A stretch of DNA of 58,765 nucleotides, the filler included, from Sphacelaria rigidula (taxonomy: Eukaryota), in assembly GCA_964200075.2 (NCBI GenBank). It is 7 parts of 7 records of this genome, joined end to end, with 100 filler letters (N's around TTAATTAATTAA, not from the genome) between each part and the next. Parts side by side here need not be neighbours in the genome. Positions count along the whole stretch, not along the records: positions 42,048 to 50,356 come from CAXNAA020011573.1; positions 50,457 to 58,765 come from CAXNAA020011574.1; 5 more parts are not named here. One strand, 5' to 3'. Both the position numbers and the translations under genes were made by a program. The notes under the pieces are model-generated. The model was not told the DNA's origin, did not search any database, and saw only the letters and a program-made list of their open reading frames with translations. Shown one piece after another: positions 49,809-58,765 of this stretch; position 1 is the stretch's first letter; every line of letters starts with the position of its first letter.

Positions 49809-51869
49809 TTAATGTATCGTGGACTTGACCGGACGTAATCAGTGCAGCAGAATCCGTCATCCTTGTCCATGAAAATCGGGGGAGAGATGAGTTGATTCCT
49901 CGATACTGCGGACTCATACCGAGGAAGAGGAGGGTTTGAACGGGCGACAAATGAAAAAAGTGAAGAAGAAGCGGTTTTAGTCACTCCATGGATGGGAATA
50001 GATGAGCCGCACTTTGTCCCTACGTTTTTGTCTCTCTTTTCTGAGTGAGTACTAGTAGTGTGGTTTTTGCGCAAGACCTTTTCCACCGAAGCCATGTTGC
50101 AGAGGCCGGCAATTTCTTGTTTTTTTTTTCTTGTCTAGTTCGGGCACTCAAAAGTTGAAAACTTCGAGAGCTGCACTTCTAGTCGGTATCTCGTTTGATG
50201 CATGTGCTTCATGCTTCGCTTCGTGCAATACCGCGTGCCCTCCAATTACATTGCGCGGTATTTGCTGCTCCACCTGGTGGTACCGTGAACAGTGTTTTCG
50301 TGAGATTGAGAGTAGATGATACGATTGAGAGTGGCTTTGATCATTCGCTTTAAGTGNNNNNNNNNNNNNNNNNNNNNNNNNNNNNNNNNNNNNNNNNNNN
50401 TTAATTAATTAANNNNNNNNNNNNNNNNNNNNNNNNNNNNNNNNNNNNNNNNNNNNCACCCTTCATGCGACTCGCCGAACACACCGCGGCGCTTCGCGCC
50501 TGGTGGTTGGAGTGCAAGCCTGGCCCGGCGAAAACCCGGCGCGGTCCGTCCCGGCTTTGTAGGGATGCGAGGTCACTGGTCTGATGACTACGGCATGCAT
50601 CATCATGAGTACACCCTCCCCCACACACACACATACACCCAACGTCCACGCGGACATCCACGCCCTGCACCATTTCACCGCAAAACTCACGTTACATGCA
50701 CATGTATGTAGTACACTTACCAAAAACGTTGTTGTGTCAACATCGTCCTCGTGTTTCTCACGCCTACCTTGTGTACCGCCGTTCGTATGTTGACAGGGCT
50801 TGCACAACATGGGATACGCATTGGTGTCTTACACGGTCAACGAGGTCACCAAAAACTAAGAGACCGGGGCACGGCAGTGCAAGCGCCATGGCGGCCATAA
50901 CAACAACAACGACGACGACGACCATCACCACGCTCACCGATTCCCTATGACAAAAATTAATACCAACGCATCACCGCGTAGCGATTGCAAGGCTTTGTCG
51001 AACACAGCTGACATACCATCGGCGAATTTCCGGTGGCCAGCAGGACAACTTCCGTGCTCCTTTCCCCTTCTTTCTTCATATCTACGAAGGAGGTGGTCGT
51101 GTCATGGTGGGGGAGGGGGGGGGGGGGGGGGGACTCATTGTGGGCTTGCCTTAGTGGTGTGACCATTGACCACGTATCCCGTTCAAGACGGGGCATCGTT
51201 CCTACTCCTAATAGAGACACCTCCAACATTCTGGCGCTCATTACGTTCGGGGGGGGGGGAGGGGGGATACGCATGATGGAGGCAGGGGGCGGTCTGAAAA
51301 TACACGGGAATACAGGAATTACGTTCCTGATGTTCTTGTGGTTCCCGATGTATTTGTAGCTCCTGAGGTCCCTGGGGTTCCTGGAGTAAGTCAACGACAG
51401 GGGGGATGGGGGATGGGGGGTGGGGTGGTGTGGAAACAATTCCACAAAAGTGGTACCTCGGGGATGATGCTATCGTATGCTCAATCTCACTTGCGAGGCC
51501 GGGCCTTTATAGCAACGTGGGTGAGGAGCGCGGGCGATGCTTTCCTGGGGTCTGGACTGTATATACGTTCAAAGTGCCGTAACAAGTATGTCACGAGTCT
51601 GAAGTTGATCTCACACCAAAACTCCTGCGGCGCTTTGACCACATATCGATACATGTTTCTACATAGCTCTCCCTGACCCTTCGAGTTCAGGTATTTCTCT
51701 TGTAAGAGAGTATCTGTGCAACGCGAGTATATTTTGTTAGTGCAGAACAGTGGGGCGCGTGCCAACGGAGCACGCCAGTTTCCCGCAGAAGTAGCTTGTT
51801 GATGCAGTTGATACACCTTCCTCGGTGGAGGAATTCGTGCAGTGTCGCTCAGTCATCTCGATGGTATTT

Positions 51870-52609
51870 GTTGTGTGTATTGTGTTGTCGTCCCATCTAT
51901 TCTGGACGCCAGTCTACACCTTTCGGTATATGTGGGCGCACCAGCCGGGGTCACGCAGGAGGAAGGTCAAGACAGGAGCTTTTGCTTTTTTCTTGAATTT
52001 GTTTTTGGTACCCCACCTTTCTTTTGCGGTGTGTGTGTGTGTGCTGTCGTCCCATCTATTCTGGACGCCAGTCTACACCGTTCGGTATATGTGGACGCAT
52101 CAGCCGGGGTCACACAGGAGGAAGGTCCACAGAGGAGTTTTTTATAATTGTCTTTAGCACCCCACCTTCCTTCTGCGGTGCTTGCTTTTATTTTTATCGC
52201 GAGTGGGGTTCAGCAATCACTTTCCCTCGTCGACCGTTAAGTCGAATTTTGTGTACCCACGACCTAAACGCTCTCCACCACTGTTGAGGATGGTGTGAGA
52301 AAAAACCCAGATGTCTCCGAGAATTGAACTCACGACCCAACCGTCAGAAGGTTTCGAGGTTACCAATTGAGCCATCGGGGCGACCGGTTGCGGTGCTTGC
52401 CTTTACTTTGTTTTACGCAAGTGGGGTTCAACAATCCCTTTCCCTTGTCGACCGTTAAGTCGAAATTTGTGTACCCACGACATAGATAGTCGCTCTCCGC
52501 ACTGTTGGACATGGTTCTAGAAAAAGTCCTAGATCGCTCCGAGAATTGAACCCACGATCCAACCGTCACGAGGTTTCGAGGTTACCAACTGAGCCACCGG
52601 GGCGACCGG
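51870..52609 (-). mobile_element. tRNA-derived SINE (about 356 bp, (CA)n tail) nested inside a second copy of the same SINE
   Basis: Two heads with A box TGGCTCA(G/A)TTGG and B box (G/A)GTTCAATTC begin at 52607 and 52385. Two tails lie at 51886-52031 and 52045-52175. The inner copy 52032-52387 is flanked by TTGCGGTG at 52024-52031 and 52388-52395. Confidence 0.85.
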
Positions 52610-52785
52610 TATATCTAATAAGGGTTAATCGTATTGCGTCCATTGGTATGGCCATGATCACCGTGGCGTCTCTTCAGCACAATGGGCGATATCGTTCAGA
52701 CTGGACGGTACACACGTGACAGTGTAGATGGGCGTTAGACAATAGATCCTGTAATGTACGCAGTATATTGTTTGGCAGTGTAATC

Positions 52786-53090
52786 TATTGTCCAGGGTGC
52801 GGTAGATAGACCGAAGCCCAACTACAATACACAGGACAGTACGCAACTGTACAATACAGGGCATGCAGTGTCTTCTTCTCTTGCCCCTTCGCCCGCTGCG
52901 TTCCTTCGCTCTGCCCAGGGGTACCACTAAAGAATCAGATTCCATAAAACCTCCGAAGAGCGTGACCTCTTTCTGCCGCCAGCTCTAAAATGTATCTTCT
53001 TCACCGCTAGGGTGTCACCTGGGTCTTGTGCTCATTTTTCAAGTGAAAACTACGCCAAAACAACACATAACCACACCCTGGACAAAAGAT
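52786..53090. mobile_element. Orphan CACCCTGGACAA-family termini (right end at 52799, left end at 53074)
   Basis: ttgtccagggtg and caccctggacaa match the TIRs at 7259 and 28963. Confidence 0.5.
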
Positions 53091-54023
53091 TCCATTGTCA
53101 ATAAGTGTACTGGGTACAGTATCGACTATTTCGTCTGTGGCAATAAACAATAGATTCCATACTGTGCACAGTGCATTTTTTTATAATGGAATCTTTCGGT
53201 GACACGTGATCCATGCTCTTTCAAACGCACGATGAGTGCGATAGAGATGGCATGGCGAACATGGCGATATCGAGGTATAATGCAGCATAGCTGTGCAGTG
53301 GTCTGTCGCGCGATGAGAGAGTGCAACATCATGTTACTGTCCAATTGTACTACTCCATTTAACTCTGGGTTGGTTGTAGTGGCTCCGATTTTGAGTGTAA
53401 AAGCGTGATCCACGCCACCACGGTTGGGGTGCCCTGTGTTCTGTGAATCCGGTGCTCCTGTGAGCCACATGTTTATCTCAAAAGTTCATCCGCTCAGGGG
53501 TACGTGTGGAGAAATTCGGTAAACGACCTGATGTTTCTGTTCGTATATCGCTCATATGGAACAGTAACCATGAACACTCTGCATGACTATAGTGAGAGGA
53601 ACGGGTAAATGACGGGTGCTTCCATGGCACGGGCTTGCCTAACCCCGAAGCAGAAGGGGGGTTTATTATTTCTGCTTTGTCGCTCGAGAGAATCGTGGGT
53701 ATGAGAGTCGGTCGTGCTGTGTGTTGTACCGTGTTGGGCTCTAAAAATGATCATCTTTCTTGCGCAGGTCATGAATACTGCGCGGTGTCGCGTGTGCAGT
53801 GCAGCAGTGCGTTTCTCTGGTGAGTCCTCACATATGAACAGCCTGCCCACAACAGTACAGTAGTAACGACGTGGTCCTATTTCTCACATGGCACGGGTTT
53901 GTTTTTTCTACTCTACCCCCCGTTGCCCCCCTCCCCAACAGAGACTCCCAGAAGAGAGGCGTGGGGGTGGGTATTTTACCGTGTGGCGATGAACAGGTGG
54001 TGCACTATTATACAGTGTTTACA

Positions 54024-54445
54024 AAACTGCTGCACTGACTCTCTGTCCGCTTTCTCGGGGACACGCTTCAACTCTCCCTTTCCCGCGCTCTTGCAGTAGT
54101 ACCGTGACGCCGATCATCCAATCCCGCAAGGGATGTCAGCAATCTAGTTAAGTTCGCTTTGTTTGCAGCAATTACCCTTCCTGTGCTGTAGTTTTGGCTT
54201 GTAAATGAAGCAGGAGGCAGGGAGGGGCTGGTGGGTTGCAAAAACATGTGAAAATGTCGTCCGGGGCCAGGATAAGCCACAACAGCCATGGTGTGTCTAT
54301 TCTATAATACTGTTCATACTGCAGTCCCACCACCGTACATATGAAACTACTGCACTGACTCTCTGTCCGCTTCCTCGAGGGAACGCTTCAACTCTCCTCT
54401 GGAAAGGATGTCAGCAAGGTGGTTAAGTTTGCTTCGTATGCGGCA
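54024..54445. repeat. Dispersed direct duplication
   Basis: aaact.ctgcactgactctctgtccgctt.ctcg.gg..cgcttcaactctcc at about 54024 and 54343. Confidence 0.75.
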
Positions 54446-57400
54446 ATTTTTGTTAGTTGAAAAATTGATAGTGGAGGTAGTGTACACGCTCTCGTCCCTC
54501 AGTGCTCTCGCCATACCATGGATCATGTAATCCTGCAGGGAGCTACCGTACCCTGATCATCCGAAGAAGGAAGGAGCTACTACACTGTACATGCTGTACT
54601 GTACAGTATAGTGCTACTTTTGCTTCCTCTCTCAGTAAAACACTGGATTACTGTGCACGGGTGCATTTCGTCGTCTCGGTGCTGTACAGACGACGGGGTT
54701 TTCAAATTTCCTGTGAATCGATAAAACTTGACCGTTCGCGCACGGATTATATTTTGACCTGGTTCTGCAGGACGTGAGAGAAGAGTGACAATTTTGTTCT
54801 CTTCAGTCTAAGTCTGGTTCAAAATACTGTTCCGATAAGGATCATTCGTGTCTTGGCTACAGTATGGGTAATCCGGACACCCTCGTACTTGTTGGCAGTG
54901 TGGGAGCTGGCGACATTACGCCATTAATATATAGGAATATAGTATATAATGATAAAAGAAAAAGACGAAGGAGAAAAATATCGCTAACCACCCAAGTTCC
55001 GATGCCGCAGGTGACCATTCGGGCTCCTGGAGGCAATGCCCATTGGTCCACTTAACACCGAAGCCAAACAGGAGTGGAGCTCAAACCAGGGACCAAGATC
55101 ACCGACCATGGCGATAAGAATCGCAGGGTCTCTACTGTGACTCAGGATTGCGAAATCTCCCGGTGCTCGATCATGTAGGGGATCTATACCCCTACATGGG
55201 AAAAGGAGACGGACCCTACGGCTGCAGTGTTCATGTATATATGTATCTTCCCAGCAGTCGATCTTGACAGCTTTTCCCTTTGTTCTGGTGGCCTGTTTTT
55301 TCCTGCACTGCTGGAACAAGAGTCATTTGTCGTTTGACAAAAACGTTAACCCGTATGCCTCCCCCCCCCAGTGTTAGTAGTACTACATTGGTATTGACGA
55401 TTTTTTTTTGCACTCTAGTTTCTACTTCATCCAGTTTTTGGTTTCTGTTTCCGCTTTTTGTTTGTCTAGCTCGTCTTCGTTCGGCTTTCTCCGCCCGTTC
55501 TTTCATTTCTTTCGTTTTTAATTCCCTTCTCGAGTCTATTTCATATTTTTGGGACCCTCGACCCCACAATCGCGAATTAGGGGCAGGTGTCCATGTGTGT
55601 TGTTTTCAAGTCAAGATGATGCTGCACGGGCCTTTTTGTGAAACGCCATTTGTTTTACTTGAAAACAATACAAACTGACACCCACCGTCAACACACGGTT
55701 GTGGGGGGAAAGTACGACAAACATAACATTGTGGGGAGTCCGATCCCAAAAGGGTCAAGCAGCGCGGAAGTTTCTGTCTTGTTTACCTTGAGTATATGTC
55801 CATCTTGATATCACGGGTGGATTTATCGGAAATAAGTCAATGTGCGACAATCAACCAATACAAAAATCAATCAATCGATGTGTCCCGCCAAACAGCAGTG
55901 CTGCCTCCCGTGGCAGACCTCTGAATACGGACTATCAGTACGACCTGGGGCCAGCCGACAGTTTCTTTGTCGGTTTACAGGTGATGTGGGGGCATAATAT
56001 GAGGAGTTCGGCGCTGAAATCGATCATTTTCACCAACACGTGCAACATCTCGGGGGATACAAGGAGAAGAGAAAAAGAAGAGAGCAAAAAAGCTATAATA
56101 GAGCGTTTTGAACATTTCGCAAAAACTGGAAAAATGTCATGAATTCGTGAAAAAAAACGGCGGCATCCCCCGTCACCAGCTTTGTACTTTCGCGCAGGAG
56201 ATCCTGGTAAATTTCGTCAAAACAATCCTGGAATTGGGCCCAGCCTGGCACGTTTTGTGTGACCCCGCTGCGCCTAGGTGGTCCAACTGATACAGGAGCC
56301 TTATTTACACTGGTCACGAATCCGAATCCCGACACGACCGTTTTTTGCCCCGAAATCTGGAAGATTTATTTTTCCAAGCCTTGAAGAAACGATCGCCATC
56401 GGGGATGTCATCGAGAAAAAGCGTTGCAGCTCAGTCCTAGTTGGATACTTGTGCCTGTGCTCGTTGTATGCGACAATCGGCTCGGAGGTCCTCTTCCATG
56501 ATGGAGCTACTGACGAGCTCGATGCCATCTCGCAGCATTCCTAGCGCACTCTTTACTGTGCGTGTCAAAGGTGCCATACCTCGTGCGTAATTTCGCCGCG
56601 TTTTATCAAGAACCAGAATACTCAAGAGCTCTCGCGCCATAAAATGAGACCCACCCGGCACTCAATGCAGTACAATGACATCATCGCCTAAACTGCGTCA
56701 ATCTCACGGCGGCGAAGCCGTGCGTTCCCAGGTTGGTCCGCAAATCACAGCGCTATGCTTACATCTGGCTGATTTGGGAAACTGAAGAAGTTGTTGAGTG
56801 CTGAGGGGTTTTACGTTTGACGAATGCCCCAGCTCATTTACTCTTATAATTATTTTCACACATCAGCCCGATCTCTCGGACCCGTGGTCACAGACATAGT
56901 CTCGCCTGTCCAGGGTTGTCACCACCATTTTTCACACGAAATAGAAGCGCTCATTGAGCGGTTTCTTCTGAGACTCCAAGAAAAAAAAATGAAACCAGCA
57001 GAGCAAGAAGTCAAGACAACAGAAGACAAGAAATCTGCCCGCCGAGGTGATCGGAGTATGGCGAAAGAAACAAATCACATCTCCGAACACAGTAAGGAGC
57101 TAAACGGACGCCCAGCGATGTCCGAGTAAGATGCGTGTAGGACCCAGTCCGATTCAGATAACGGCATCGACGGGAACGGTCCGAGAACCGGAGCCAGTAC
57201 AGTTCAGTGCGGGGTACCGAAAGGAACGGTTCGGGAACCAGTACTGCAGCCAACGTGATCCAGCCGAGCTAGAATGGCTATGAAGCTCCATATTGAAAGT
57301 CCTTGAGTTGAGGTTCGGGGCTAAGATTTAGAGAGACGGTTGATAGAGAAGGCTCCAGAACAGAAAGAGTTCCATGGACACGGGGTTGGTGCAAGACCCG

Positions 57401-58347
57401 CAACCCCCACCTGAACCACCTCCCAACATGGATAGATGGGACGATAATGGTACCCCATCCAATTGGGCCAAGGTTCATCCCGAGTGTCACAGCAGTAGTG
57501 TCGAGACAACTGTTGTGGATTACAGGTGGTGGCCGACATGAGACGGCCGAAAGGGAAATTAATAAGAAGTCACGAAAAAAAAACCGTCGCAGGTACGCTG
57601 ACGACACATCGTCTTGGGGAAGCCGTACCACTAGCCATCCGCTGGCGTCAGATATTACCGAACAAGGCAGAGAGTTGAACAACATCCGCAGGTACCTGCG
57701 GAGAAAAAAAATGATTCCAGGAAGACGAATACGTTCTAGCCGATATTTTTCTGGTGATGGAACATGACAGCTTCTGGTAGCGCAAGACGGTCATAATCTA
57801 ACTTCTCACCGTGATCTTGGAGATATAACCGTCCTGGCTGAAGGTCACGGACAAGCACTCCGGTCCAGTCTGGAAAGAATCGTTCGTTGGCTCCACCTGA
57901 ATACGGGAATGATGGCACACAATGAAAGACAAGAATGAGGCCTCACTGTCTGCATATTCACGGGCTGTACCGAAGCTTTACCGCGATAGGATATTGCTAA
58001 GTTTATGTATATATATATATATATGTACTCCCTCTGTCCGGAAATATAACTCGCATTTGGGAATTCGGAATATAAGGTCGGTTTGTCGTTCAGAGCGTTG
58101 CAATAAGTTTTTTTGCCTCGTTTTTTTTCGTGCTCCCAATGGTAGTATTGTTGAAGAAATGACCTAAAACAGGGGATGGTTCGATTTCATCCCCTCCCAT
58201 GATTTGTTTCGGCCCCAGACGGATTTGCCGAAGATCTGGTCGGTAAGGAAAAAGACCGTGTCGTTTTTCCTCAGTTACGTGGCGAGGAGAACGTTTTTTA
58301 TCCGTGGAATCTTGGCTATGTGTAGCCACCTGTAGGCGTGCACTTTG

Positions 58348-58612
58348 AATATATATAAATATATATATATATTTAATTATAAATATAATATATTTAATTA
58401 TAAATATAATATATTTAATTTATTAATTTATTAATTGGATGGATGGGTGGATAGATAACAATAAAATCTGGATGAAAAAATAATTATAAATATAATATAA
58501 ATTTAATTAATTAATTTATTAATTGGATGGATGGGATAGATACATAAGTAATTATATAAATAATTTAATTAATTAATTAATTAATTAATTAATTGGATGG
58601 ATGGATGGATGG
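58348..58612. repeat. AT-rich low-complexity tract with (TTAA)n/(GGAT)n and local tandem duplications
   Basis: Direct reading of the sequence. Confidence 0.85.
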
Positions 58613-58765
58613 TCATTTGATTTATTTTTTTGAGCAAGGGAAAGACAATATATATCCCGTTGACCGGGAGCAAAACTACAGGGTGCCAAAAATTGGGACC
58701 TTTGAACCAAAAAAAAGGCCTTAAGGCCGCTTCTTATATTGGACAAAAATAAAAACCTGGAAAAG

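Noticed and set aside
52305-52607. Two functional tRNA genes (Gln/His)
   Set aside because: The D and anticodon arm spacing is non-canonical, the two copies differ at the anticodon, and both sit in a longer TSD-flanked repeat, so they are SINE heads.

Overview
Eukaryotic, intron-rich genomic DNA. The GC-rich exons, repeat-filled introns and poly-G/C tracts suggest a brown alga or related stramenopile, which is an inference. The window is not one locus. It holds seven pieces (the first 8311 bp, the other six exactly 8309 bp) joined by identical 100-nt N44-TTAATTAATTAA-N44 linkers, so neighbourhoods across gaps mean nothing. Partial spliced genes were rebuilt from splice sites and phase continuity: a CFAP57-like coiled-coil protein (-), a soluble adenylyl cyclase of the ADCY10 type (-, 7 exons), a Yak1/HIPK-like CMGC kinase (+, 6 exons, one probable GC-AG intron), a THH1/TOM1/GPR137-like membrane protein exon (-) and a COQ11/At1g32220-like atypical SDR (+, 4 exons). 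There is one tRNA-Pro(AGG). The rest is mostly transposon-derived: copia and LTR relics, MITEs with readable TSDs and piggyBac derivatives, one of which sits in a gene's stop codon. The most unusual structures are a tRNA-derived SINE nested in another copy of itself, two retroposon families that end in poly(C) rather than poly(A), and a 42-bp-phased array of palindromic CAATATATATTG motifs with unique spacers.
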